A DNA stretch of 43,775 bases. It comes from a virus (lineage: Duplodnaviria; Heunggongvirae; Uroviricota; Caudoviricetes). Numbering within the stretch: the first letter of the stretch is position 1; every line of letters starts with the position of its first letter. The notes below the pieces were generated by a model. It made no database searches and was not told the DNA's origin. It saw nothing but the letters and a program-made list of their open reading frames with translations. Positions 24,453 to 33,882 of this stretch are shown in pieces. The position numbers were made by a program, and so were the translations under genes. Location of the stretch: positions 64,001 to 107,775 of the IMG/VR virus record IMGVR_UViG_3300022305_001387; one strand, written 5' to 3'.

Positions 24453-26198
24453 ATGAAGACAATAAGCAAACAATACCAAGATCTTTTAGAAGGAAAAATG
24501 AGTAGAGACAATTTCGTTAGAAACTGTCGTCAACAATTTCCTCAATATGTATCTCCTGTAACATCAATAGATGACGCCATTAAAATTCTTAAAGGAAAAA
24601 GAATTATTGCAGAAGCAATGCAGAATATGAATCCTGATGCTGAAAGACAGGGTTATAACGATAATTATGATGGATTTACATTAAAAGATTGTCCATATAC
24701 TGGTATGGACGCGGCTCTATGGAAAGATGGTTGGATGGAAGCCGAGACTGAAAAACAAATGGAACATGATGAACAAACCTATCGTAGAGAAACAGGCGAT
24801 ATGGATTTTGAAATGAATGAAGACGATCGTAGAGATTTAGATCCGAGAGTATTTAGATTACAAAATCAATTTACTCCAGTTCAACTTACAAATAAATTAT
24901 TGCAACAAGGTATGCAAAAATGGGGTAGCGTAGATAACGTGGTTAAATTCGTACAACAAGTATTTCCTGAATTGGATTATGATGCTATTCTTGATATGAT
25001 TAATGCTCATAAAGAAGCTGGTTCTCCAACAGTTAGTATTACTGATGACTTACCATTCTTTGAAAATAAAAAGAAATCTTTGAATGAAGCCACAGAAAAA
25101 TCTGAAGGCAGATATAAAGAAACCATTGGAAAAGATCAATATGGCAGATTCGCCGATTTAGATAATGCAAATCTACAAACTTTTTTAAGAGCTATGGCTT
25201 TTGAAATAAGTCAACAACAAGGATTCGATGATAAAATGCTTCCTAGTTTGATAGAAAAGATTGCAAAAAAAATGAAAAAAGATCCAAATGCTTATAGAGA
25301 ATTAGTAACATCTAATTATGCTGATATAGCAAAGCAAGACGAATCAATGAAAATGGTTCCTGTAAGTGGAAAAAATACCTCAGATAAAGAGAATGCAATG
25401 GAGAAAATAAAAGGACAAGAAAATCCAAAAGCAACTCCAAGCAAAACAGAAAATAGAAAAGGCAAACCTGAAGGTGTAAAAGAAATGGGAATCACGCCTA
25501 AAAAAGCTAAAGGCATTACAGCAGTAATGGATATGCCAGGAAAAGAAAAGATTATAGATCAACTTAAAGAAGCTATAAAAAAATCTTTAAAAGAAGATAC
25601 TCATCCTAAATATAATAGAGGATCTAATGCACATACACCAGATGGTGAAGGCGAAGTAAAAGAAGTTAGAGGCGGAACTATCACTGTAGAATTAAAAGAC
25701 GGGCAAACAAAAGATTATCAAGTAAATACTCTTAATCATTTTGAGAAGAAAAAGAAAGAAGAGGGTATAATGCCAGGAGTTGATTTAGGCGGATCATTTG
25801 AAAAAATGAAAACATCAATGGGAGATGAACAAAAATTCCAAGATCTCGTAAATAAATTTGATTGGTATGCAGAAATGAGCGATGATTCTTCAAAATGGGA
25901 TGCTCAACAAGATATGGAAAATCAAATGAAAGCGTTAGCAAAAACTATTGGAGCTGAAAAAGCTACATCAATTTGGAATGCTAAAGCACCACAAGACAGA
26001 CAAATTAAATCTAATTATTTTATGGAAAAGAAAGAAAAATACGGTAAATTAAAAGAGTATTTGAAAAAAGCTCTTAAGAAAGAAGCAAAGAAATTTAAAG
26101 CAGGAGGAGAAACAATATTCACAAATGATGCTGAAGCGGCTTCAAAAGAAACTGAATTGAAAAAAGCTGGGGTAAAATACACAAAATCAAACGCATAA
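24453..26198 (+). CDS. Modular prohead core/internal protein
   Basis: Leader MKTISKQYQDLLE; modules bounded by IAE, MNE, LNE, LKE, FME, KKE; immediately upstream of the protease. Confidence 0.5.
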   Translation: MKTISKQYQDLLEGKMSRDNFVRNCRQQFPQYVSPVTSIDDAIKILKGKRIIAEAMQNMNPDAERQGYNDNYDGFTLKDCPYTGMDAALWKDGWMEAETEKQMEHDEQTYRRETGDMDFEMNEDDRRDLDPRVFRLQNQFTPVQLTNKLLQQGMQKWGSVDNVVKFVQQVFPELDYDAILDMINAHKEAGSPTVSITDDLPFFENKKKSLNEATEKSEGRYKETIGKDQYGRFADLDNANLQTFLRAMAFEISQQQGFDDKMLPSLIEKIAKKMKKDPNAYRELVTSNYADIAKQDESMKMVPVSGKNTSDKENAMEKIKGQENPKATPSKTENRKGKPEGVKEMGITPKKAKGITAVMDMPGKEKIIDQLKEAIKKSLKEDTHPKYNRGSNAHTPDGEGEVKEVRGGTITVELKDGQTKDYQVNTLNHFEKKKKEEGIMPGVDLGGSFEKMKTSMGDEQKFQDLVNKFDWYAEMSDDSSKWDAQQDMENQMKALAKTIGAEKATSIWNAKAPQDRQIKSNYFMEKKEKYGKLKEYLKKALKKEAKKFKAGGETIFTNDAEAASKETELKKAGVKYTKSNA

Positions 26199-26200
26199 TA

Positions 26201-26839
26201 ATGGATAAAGATTTATTAATAGAATATAGCATATTTACTCCAACAAAAAAAACTCTTTCTGAAGGGCTTAAAAATGGTTCAGTGAATATGATAGTTTCTG
26301 GACTTGTTCAAGCATGCGATAAACCAAATGCGAATAAGAGAATATATCCTTATGATACTCTAAAAATGCAAGTAGATAATTATATAGATGGTCCAATTTC
26401 TGAAAATAGAGCGTTAGGCGAATTAGACCATCCAGAAAGTTCTGTTATAAATTTAAAAAATGTTTCTCATAATATTACAAAACTTTGGTGGGACGGAAAG
26501 AATCTATATGGCGACATAGAAATACTTCCAACTCCATCAGGAAATATTCTAAAACAATTATTTCAAAATAATATTACAGTTGGTATATCATCAAGAGCCA
26601 TGGGAACTGTAACTCCAATAGGCGAAGGCTTAGTCCAAGTAGAAAAAGACTTAGAACTTATCTGCTGGGATTTCGTATCCACACCCTCTACATTTGGAGC
26701 ATATGTAAGACCTGTCCAGAACGCACCAGGACTTCAAGAATCATATATCCACAATACATCTAATAGTAAATATGCTAAAGCAAATAGACTAGTTTCTGAT
26801 ATTATATGCACTTTAGGCGGCTATTGCTGCATAAAATAA
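26201..26839 (+). CDS. Prohead core protease (T4 gp21-like)
   Basis: ALGELDHP (His), GISSRAMG (Ser), WDFVSTPS (Asp); NANKRIYP. Confidence 0.95.
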   Translation: MDKDLLIEYSIFTPTKKTLSEGLKNGSVNMIVSGLVQACDKPNANKRIYPYDTLKMQVDNYIDGPISENRALGELDHPESSVINLKNVSHNITKLWWDGKNLYGDIEILPTPSGNILKQLFQNNITVGISSRAMGTVTPIGEGLVQVEKDLELICWDFVSTPSTFGAYVRPVQNAPGLQESYIHNTSNSKYAKANRLVSDIICTLGGYCCIK

Positions 26840-26881
26840 TATAAATTTCCTAGTCATATTTAGTTTTACATAAATTTTTAT

Positions 26882-26889
26882 ATATTTAT
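26882..26889 (+). promoter_or_regulatory. ATATTTAT motif heading the scaffold-capsid operon
   Basis: 97 nt before ATG 26987, followed by a structured leader. Confidence 0.55.
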
Positions 26890-26986
26890 TGATAATATGT
26901 GCTGATTTACTATTACGGCACTACACTTACGAAATCTTATATTGCTTCAAATACTACAATAAGCAATCGAAAATCCACAAAAAAAG

Positions 26987-28051
26987 ATGGAAGACATGTA
27001 CAAACAAGCGTTATTAGACGCTAAAGCAGTCCGTGCTAGCGCAATGGCCAATGCCAAAGCCAGTCTCCAAGAGGCTTTCGAACCCAGAATCCAAGAAATG
27101 ATTCGTTTAAAATTATCTGAAGAACTCGATGAAGAGTTATATGAAGAAGATGATATTGACGAAGAAAAGAAAAAGAAAATGGAAGAAGAAGCTGATATGG
27201 AAGAAGGCGATATGGATGAGTCCACGCTTGAAGAAATTCTTGCAGAGCTAGACGAACTAGAAAAACAAGAAGAAGGTGAAGAAGATGAAGAAACAGAAGA
27301 TGGTTCAGAAGCAGCTAATGACACAGAAGACGACGACGCAGAAGATGTGCCTGTTGCAGATGATGAAGCAGCGGCAGAAGAAGTATCTGATGAAACTAAA
27401 ATCATCGATATCACTTTAGGAGATTTAAAACAAGTTTTGCAATCTATTGAATCAAATGGAGGAGAAGAAAACTTTGACGACATGGAAGATGAAACTGAAA
27501 TGGGCGACGAAGAAAACTCTGATTTAGAAATTTCTGATGAAATGGACGAAGAAATCGATCTTGACGAAATCTTGAATAGCCTACAAGAAGAAAAAGAAAA
27601 GGCTAAAAAACAAACAAAAGAAGAAGGTAAGAAAATGGAAGAAAGAAAGAAAATGGAAGAGAAGAAAAAACCAGTAGAAGAGAAAAAGAAAATGGAAGAA
27701 ATGAGAACTACTCTCAATACAGCCAACAAAACAATCAATGTTTTAAGAACCCAATTAACTGAGGTTAATCTCTTAAATGCTAAGCTTCTTTACATGAATA
27801 AGATTTTCAAATCCAAGAATCTTAGTGAATCTCAAAAGGTAAATGTAGTTACAGCTTTAGACAGAGCGTCTAACGTTAAAGAAGCTAAAAACATTTATGA
27901 AACATTGAAAGAGAGTATCCAACCAAGGAAATCTCAATTGATAGAATCAAAAGGTTTCGCCTCCAAACCAGCGGGCGTCGCTCCAAAAAAACCAATCGTA
28001 GAAGCAGATGCGTTTGTTTCTAGATGGCAAAAAATAGCTGGAATTAAATAA
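26987..28051 (+). CDS. Prohead scaffold/core protein
   Basis: Very acidic coiled coil between protease and capsid; LTEVNLLNAKLLY; C-terminal RWQKIAGIK. Confidence 0.85.
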   Translation: MEDMYKQALLDAKAVRASAMANAKASLQEAFEPRIQEMIRLKLSEELDEELYEEDDIDEEKKKKMEEEADMEEGDMDESTLEEILAELDELEKQEEGEEDEETEDGSEAANDTEDDDAEDVPVADDEAAAEEVSDETKIIDITLGDLKQVLQSIESNGGEENFDDMEDETEMGDEENSDLEISDEMDEEIDLDEILNSLQEEKEKAKKQTKEEGKKMEERKKMEEKKKPVEEKKKMEEMRTTLNTANKTINVLRTQLTEVNLLNAKLLYMNKIFKSKNLSESQKVNVVTALDRASNVKEAKNIYETLKESIQPRKSQLIESKGFASKPAGVAPKKPIVEADAFVSRWQKIAGIK

Positions 28052-28072
28052 TAAAAACAATCAAACAAAACT

Positions 28073-29770
28073 ATGGCAAACTTAGTACAATCCCTATTGA
28101 ATGAATCAGCTCAAACAGCTTTTTCAGATCAATATAGCGTAGCTGGCCGACTTACTAAAAAATGGGCTAAATCTGGTCTTTTAGAAGGTTTAGCTGATCA
28201 TGATCGCTCAGCAATGGCTGTGATTCTTGAGAATCAAGCAAAACAATTAGTTATAGAATCATCTAGTACAAACAATGGCGGTGGCATTGGTACTGGCGCA
28301 AACTTCACAGCTGGTGCTGGTGAACAATGGGCTGGCGTTGCTCTTCCATTAGTTCGTAAAATCTTTGGACAAATTGCAGCGAAAGAATTCGTTTCAGTTC
28401 AACCAATGAACTTACCGGCTGGATTGGTATTCTTCTTAGATTTCCAATATGGTGGTTCAAACGGAGTTTCTAATCCAAACTTCCCAACAAACACATCAGT
28501 TTATGGTGCACAAACTGCTAACTTCGGTAATGCCGCTTCAGGCGGTCTTTATGATGCAGGCAAATTCGGTTATTCTTTGAATTTATTCTCAGCTTCTCTA
28601 TCGAGTTCAGCAATAGTAAGTTCTTCTGCTACATGGGCAGATGTAAATTTTGACGCAGGAGCTTCAGGATCTATTGTTAGTAAAACAATAACAAAAATAG
28701 CAGTTCCATTAACTTTTTTAAGTGCATCAGATAGCAATACTGTACGTGCTTTTTCTATTATCCCAGCAGCTGCAAATACAACTCAATTTGGTGAAGCAGA
28801 AACTCTTTCTAATTTTACCGCTATCTCTGCTAGTAATGCAGTGTTCTTTATTAATAAAGCAGTTACAACAACAGGCGCTCAAACATTTGGAGTTTTCTAT
28901 AATAAAGCGACTGATTTTAATGCTCGTGGTGATTTCGAAGATCGTTCTACAACGCCTTCAGTACCTAATGCGTATAGTCCATCTAGCATCTCTATACCAG
29001 AAATTAATGTTGGTATGAGATCTGAAACCATTTCTGCTAAAACTCGTAAGTTGAAAGCACAATGGACTCCAGAATTTGCGCAAGATTTAAATGCTTATCA
29101 TGCTCTTGATGCTGAAGCTGAATTAACAGGTCTACTTTCTGAACACGTTTCTTTAGAAATTGATTTAGAAGTTATGGATCTGTTGATTTCAAATGCAGCC
29201 ACAACAGAATATTGGTCAGCTAAAGTTGGTACAACTTTGACAACTGATACAGCCGGCGTTACTACTTATAATGCTTCTACTGCAGCAAGCGTAGCTGGAC
29301 AATATTACACACAAATGACGTGGTTCCAAACTTTAGGTATCAAACTTCAAAAAGTGTCTAACTTGATTCACCAACGTACTTTACGTGGTGGAGCTAATTT
29401 TATGGTAGTATCTCCTACAGTTGCTACAATCCTTGAATCAATTCCTGGATTTGCTGCTGACACAGACGGAGCTGCTGATACTATGAAATATGCTTTCGGT
29501 GTTCAAAAAATCGGCGCTTTGAATAGTCGCTATAAAGTTTACAAAAATCCATACATGACTGAAAACGTAATCCTTATGGGTTATCGCGGTTCAGCGTTCC
29601 TTGAGTGTGGTGCTGTTTATGCTCCTTACGTGCCTTTGATCATGACACCTCTAGTGTACGATCCTAATACCTTCACTCCAAGAAAAGGTATTATGACTCG
29701 TTACGCATTGAAAATGGTTCGTCCTGAATTCTATGGTCGCGTAGTAATCGCAGATACATCTGTTATCTAA
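28073..29770 (+). CDS. Major capsid protein (T4 gp23-like)
   Basis: VSVQPMNLPAGLVFFLDF, AKTRKLKAQWTPEFAQDLNAYHALDAEAEL, YAPYVPL, FTPRKGIMTRY; codons biased to TTC/AAC/GGT/CGT. Confidence 0.97.
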   Translation: MANLVQSLLNESAQTAFSDQYSVAGRLTKKWAKSGLLEGLADHDRSAMAVILENQAKQLVIESSSTNNGGGIGTGANFTAGAGEQWAGVALPLVRKIFGQIAAKEFVSVQPMNLPAGLVFFLDFQYGGSNGVSNPNFPTNTSVYGAQTANFGNAASGGLYDAGKFGYSLNLFSASLSSSAIVSSSATWADVNFDAGASGSIVSKTITKIAVPLTFLSASDSNTVRAFSIIPAAANTTQFGEAETLSNFTAISASNAVFFINKAVTTTGAQTFGVFYNKATDFNARGDFEDRSTTPSVPNAYSPSSISIPEINVGMRSETISAKTRKLKAQWTPEFAQDLNAYHALDAEAELTGLLSEHVSLEIDLEVMDLLISNAATTEYWSAKVGTTLTTDTAGVTTYNASTAASVAGQYYTQMTWFQTLGIKLQKVSNLIHQRTLRGGANFMVVSPTVATILESIPGFAADTDGAADTMKYAFGVQKIGALNSRYKVYKNPYMTENVILMGYRGSAFLECGAVYAPYVPLIMTPLVYDPNTFTPRKGIMTRYALKMVRPEFYGRVVIADTSVI

Positions 29771-29791
29771 TATATGTGATAATATAAAATG

Positions 29792-29818
29792 AAAAGCCCT
29801 CCTTTTGGAGGGTTTTTT
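29792..29818 (+). terminator. Rho-independent terminator after the major capsid gene
   Basis: AAAAG-CCCTCC-TTTT-GGAGGG-TTTTTT: 6-bp GC-rich stem plus T-tract. Confidence 0.9.
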
Positions 29819-29831
29819 ATTGCATTCAATA

Positions 29832-29839
29832 ATATTTAT
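29832..29839 (+). promoter_or_regulatory. ATATTTAT motif right after the capsid terminator
   Basis: Restarts expression 30 nt before the phoH ATG. Confidence 0.6.
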
Positions 29840-29869
29840 ACTATATAAACGTTTCACAAAAAATCATCT

Positions 29870-30523
29870 ATGGAAAACTCAAAGAAAGTATTGAAAAACG
29901 AAATAAAATATAAAGTACAATTAAATGATGAACAAAAAGATGCTAAGCGACTTATAAGAGAAAATCAAATAGTGATAATAACAGGAAGAGCAGGCTGTGG
30001 TAAAAGTTTAGTTTCTGCACAAACAGCATTAGATTTTTTATTTAAGAAAGAATATGATGAGATATTCATAACAAGAGCAGCCGTAGAAGTAGGACATTCT
30101 TTAGGATTTTTACCAGGTAGTTTGAATGAAAAGTTTGATCCATATTTGGAAGCATTTCAAGAGAATCTTATTAAATGTTATGATAAAGTAAAAATAGAAC
30201 AATTAGTTAATGATGAAAAAGTTAAAGCACTGCCTGTACAATTTATACGTGGCAAAACTATTGACGATGTACTTGTGGTGGAGGAAGCCCAAAATCTCAC
30301 TAAATCTGAGATGCTTGCAATTCTTACAAGGCTTGGCAAGAATGGTAGGATTATAATCAATGGTGATAATGAGCAAAAAGATATTAAAGATCCATACAAT
30401 GGACTGTCTTATGCAATAGATTTATCTAAAAAAATACAAGAAATAAAGTGGATTAAATTAAAACATAACCACCGATCAGATTTAGTAGGTAGAATATTAG
30501 ATTACGAATATAACGGAAAATAA
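29870..30523 (+). CDS. phoH: PhoH-family ATPase
   Basis: GRAGCGKSL, ITRAAVE...LGFLPG, FIRGKT, VEEAQN, LTRLG, GDNEQKD. Confidence 0.93.
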   Translation: MENSKKVLKNEIKYKVQLNDEQKDAKRLIRENQIVIITGRAGCGKSLVSAQTALDFLFKKEYDEIFITRAAVEVGHSLGFLPGSLNEKFDPYLEAFQENLIKCYDKVKIEQLVNDEKVKALPVQFIRGKTIDDVLVVEEAQNLTKSEMLAILTRLGKNGRIIINGDNEQKDIKDPYNGLSYAIDLSKKIQEIKWIKLKHNHRSDLVGRILDYEYNGK

Positions 30524-30533
30524 AATAATATAA

Positions 30534-31700
30534 ATGGCAAATCCTTTAATATATACTGGAACTCCTGGCATCATTAGTGGAAGTACGCCTTTTGGATACT
30601 ATGATTTTGATTCACAATTTCAATCTGATGGACCAAAAGTAGCAAACTATGTAGCAAGAAAATTGGGGTATCCTGTTATGGATGTTGAATTACAAGATTT
30701 AAATATCTATGCTTGTTTTGAAGAAGCCATTTCTGTGTATTCAGAAGAACTATATCAATTAGCTATTAAAGATAATTTTTTAAGTTTAATTGGATCGCCT
30801 ACTGGCTCTCCTTTTAATAATCAAGTTATAGTACCAAGTTTAAATAGTGTAGTAACATTAGCAGAGGCATACGGAACGCAAGCTGGAGTTGGAGGATTTA
30901 CAGAATGGTATACTGGATCAATAAGTCTTAGAAATGGTCAACAAGTTTATGATTTACAAGAATGGGGAATTAGCGGAAGCATTATACAACAAGGCGATAG
31001 AATAGTAGTAAAAAATATATTTTATCAAAGCACACCAGCGATAAACCAATACTATGATCCATATATAGGAGGATCAATAAATTATCAAGGAGCATCTGAA
31101 AATTTTGGTTGGGCAAGTTATTCTCCTGGATTAAATTTTACTTTATTTCCTGTTTTTTGGGATATTCAAAGAATTCAAGAGATTGAGATGTCAAATCAAG
31201 TTAGACGATCTGCTTTTACATTTGAATTAATAAATAATAAATTAAGAATATTTCCAAGACCTGAAGTAGATGGTATACCTTTATGGATACAATATTCAAA
31301 GCAAAGTGAACAATCAAATGCTCTTGCAAATAGTCCATATAGTGGAAGCACAAATTTAATAACTAATCCATCTAATGTTCCATACAATCAAATAACGTAT
31401 GCATCTATAAATTCTCCGGGCAGACAATGGATAAATGAATTCACATTAGCTTTAGCATCAGAATTATTAGGTATTATTAGAGGAAAATATTCGAGTGTTC
31501 CAATACCTGGAGCAGATGTAACACTTAATGGATCAGATTTAATTTCAAAAGGTAGAGATATGCAAGAAAAATTAAGAGAGAAACTAAGAACAGATTTAAC
31601 TGACATGAGTAGACAAGCTCAATTAGAAAGAAAAAAATCTGAAACAGATTCTATGACTGATACTCTTAATCAAGTTCCATTATTTATTTATATAGGATAA
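30534..31700 (+). CDS. Neck / head-tail adaptor protein (T4 gp13-like)
   Basis: RKLGYPVMDVEL...CFEEAI; LASELLGIIRGKYSSVPIPGADVTLNG. Confidence 0.8.
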   Translation: MANPLIYTGTPGIISGSTPFGYYDFDSQFQSDGPKVANYVARKLGYPVMDVELQDLNIYACFEEAISVYSEELYQLAIKDNFLSLIGSPTGSPFNNQVIVPSLNSVVTLAEAYGTQAGVGGFTEWYTGSISLRNGQQVYDLQEWGISGSIIQQGDRIVVKNIFYQSTPAINQYYDPYIGGSINYQGASENFGWASYSPGLNFTLFPVFWDIQRIQEIEMSNQVRRSAFTFELINNKLRIFPRPEVDGIPLWIQYSKQSEQSNALANSPYSGSTNLITNPSNVPYNQITYASINSPGRQWINEFTLALASELLGIIRGKYSSVPIPGADVTLNGSDLISKGRDMQEKLREKLRTDLTDMSRQAQLERKKSETDSMTDTLNQVPLFIYIG

Positions 31701-31701
31701 T

Positions 31702-32193
31702 ATGGCACTTTTTGGATCAAATAGAGATATAAAAACTTTTAAAGGAATAGCAAGAGAATTGCTAGAAAATATCATATCGCAGCAATGTGGATATTATAAA
31801 GTAGTGTTAGCTGATACGCCTAAAAATATATATGGAGAAAGCGCAGAGAAGTTCTATGTTGGACCCGTACTTTTAGTGTGTCTTATTGAAAGAGGAGATT
31901 TCTCATTCGATCAAACTGATTTTGGTCCAGATTCAAAAAGATCTGTAGTATTTAGATTTTTAAAAGATCATCTTATAGACGCAAATGTAGTGCCTGAAGT
32001 AGGCGATATAATAACGTATGATGAATACTATTATTTAGTAGATAACGTAAATGAAAATCAATTAGTAGTTGGTAAAGACCCTGATCACACCTATTCTGAT
32101 GGATTACAGAACTTTGGTTCTTCTTATGCTATCATATTAGAGTGTCATCTAGCGTCTCCTGACTCATTGGGCATAACTAAACAGAGACTATAA
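31702..32193 (+). CDS. Head closure / neck protein (T4 gp14-like)
   Basis: NIYGES, VVPEVGDIITYDEYYYLVDNV; position after the gp13-like gene. Confidence 0.7.
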   Translation: MALFGSNRDIKTFKGIARELLENIISQQCGYYKVVLADTPKNIYGESAEKFYVGPVLLVCLIERGDFSFDQTDFGPDSKRSVVFRFLKDHLIDANVVPEVGDIITYDEYYYLVDNVNENQLVVGKDPDHTYSDGLQNFGSSYAIILECHLASPDSLGITKQRL

Positions 32194-33452
32194 TGGCTAA
32201 TAAACCTATACGACCAATAAATAGAAAGGAGTTTATGAATAAGCTCATAATTCCTTATGATTTGCAAGTTGGAAATAGGAATGAAAATTTTTCTGAAAGA
32301 GCTATAATAGGTCAACCTGAAAATAATAGATCAAAAGAAATATCTTTAAAAGGAGATTATGATAAGAATTTTAGTGTTGGAATAAAAGACATGAATGAAG
32401 CAGTAGATTACTACTTTAAAAATGTTTTAAAATTACATGTTATACAGAATGGCTCAAGACTTAATATTCCAATTATATACGGTAATCAAGAAAATTGGGC
32501 ATCAGTTCAAGCAGATGGATTCTATAGAGATGGAGGAGCTAAATTACTTGCTCCACTATTGATGTATAAAAGAACTAATTTAACCCAAAATAGAACTTTA
32601 GGAAATAAATTAGACGGAAATAAAGCCGCAAATATTCAAATTTTTGAAAAAAGATTTAATAAAAAAGTTGCATATAATAATTTTAATGCATTAAATAATA
32701 TAATACCTCAAAAAGAATATGTTGCAGTAGTTACGCCTGATTATGTTACTCTTTCTTATTCGTGCATAATTTGGACATATTTTATAGAACAAATGGATAA
32801 ACTTATAGAAGAAATAAATTATTCTTCTAGATCTTATTGGGGAGATCCAAATAGATTTCAATTTTATTCAGATATAAATTCTTTCGACGATAGTACTGAA
32901 ATAACCTCAGGAGATGATAGATTGGTAAAAACTAGTTTTACAATGACTATAAATGGCTGGCTAATACCAGATTCTATGAATAGATACTTATCGAGTGTAA
33001 ACAGACAAATCGGTATATCTCAAGTTGTTTTTGGATTAGAGACAGCATCGGATTCTGAAACTTATGTAGCTATTCAGAATAAACCAACAGAAAAGAAATT
33101 GTCAAATATAATAACGACAGATTCGCAAAATGTAACCGTTAATCAATTGATTACTAGTATAGGACAAGATTCTTTAACGTATATAAACATAAATAAAGAA
33201 CTTACAGGTACAATACAGAGTGACACCACAGTAACATTTCCAGCTATATGGTTAACGCCTCCAACAGGCTTGCCGCCAACATCTATTGATAGTTTTACAT
33301 TCTTTTGTAATGGTCAATTTATAGAAAAAAGCGCAATAGTTAGTTTCTCTGCAGGAGCAGGAATTAGTACATTAATAATAGATCCAACTCAATTATCTTA
33401 TTCTTTTTCGGCAACGGATGAAGTTATCGCTATTGGTAAATTTAATATATAA
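32193..33452 (+). CDS. Tail terminator / sheath stabiliser (T4 gp15-like) with C-terminal extension
   Basis: NIPIIYGNQE...APLL...PDYVTLSYSCIIWT...QMDKLIE...FTMTINGWL; position after the neck genes. Confidence 0.68.
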   Translation: MANKPIRPINRKEFMNKLIIPYDLQVGNRNENFSERAIIGQPENNRSKEISLKGDYDKNFSVGIKDMNEAVDYYFKNVLKLHVIQNGSRLNIPIIYGNQENWASVQADGFYRDGGAKLLAPLLMYKRTNLTQNRTLGNKLDGNKAANIQIFEKRFNKKVAYNNFNALNNIIPQKEYVAVVTPDYVTLSYSCIIWTYFIEQMDKLIEEINYSSRSYWGDPNRFQFYSDINSFDDSTEITSGDDRLVKTSFTMTINGWLIPDSMNRYLSSVNRQIGISQVVFGLETASDSETYVAIQNKPTEKKLSNIITTDSQNVTVNQLITSIGQDSLTYININKELTGTIQSDTTVTFPAIWLTPPTGLPPTSIDSFTFFCNGQFIEKSAIVSFSAGAGISTLIIDPTQLSYSFSATDEVIAIGKFNI

Positions 33453-33458
33453 TTAAAG

Positions 33459-33839
33459 ATGTCATTATTACAAGTAAAACAACTTACTTCTCCAATAAAT
33501 ATAACTGGATCTTTATTCGGAACAGCGTCTTATGCTAATTCCGCATCTCCTACGTTTCTTATAACAACTGGTAGTATTAAAGCTCAAGTAAATGTAGAAA
33601 CTAATAGCATATTTTTAATAAATTCAGCAAGCACAAATTATTTTAATATTGCAAGCAATGGAAATACTACTATATCTAGCGATATTTTCATAATAAAAAA
33701 TCTTTCAACTCAACAATCTATTTTTAGTATAAGTCAAAGCATCGTTCAATTTGCGACTCATTCGATGCCACCAGAAGATCCTACAGAAGCTGGAACTATA
33801 TGGTTTACTTCGTCTTCTTTATATTTGGGATTAGAGTAA
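33459..33839 (+). CDS. Short fibre/structural protein
   Basis: ITGSLFGTASYA motif shared with downstream fibres; C-terminal PTEAGTIWF. Confidence 0.55.
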   Translation: MSLLQVKQLTSPINITGSLFGTASYANSASPTFLITTGSIKAQVNVETNSIFLINSASTNYFNIASNGNTTISSDIFIIKNLSTQQSIFSISQSIVQFATHSMPPEDPTEAGTIWFTSSSLYLGLE

Positions 33840-33855
33840 TTTTATAAAATATCAA

Positions 33856-33863
33856 ATATTTAT
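33856..33863 (+). promoter_or_regulatory. ATATTTAT motif
   Basis: 19 nt before ATG 33883. Confidence 0.55.
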
Positions 33864-33882
33864 AAACAACAAATCATAATAA

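Noticed and set aside
26947-27738. 263-aa antisense ORF over the scaffold gene
   Set aside because: Ser/Phe-rich mirror of the GAA/GAT-rich sense strand; a shadow ORF with no independent signal.
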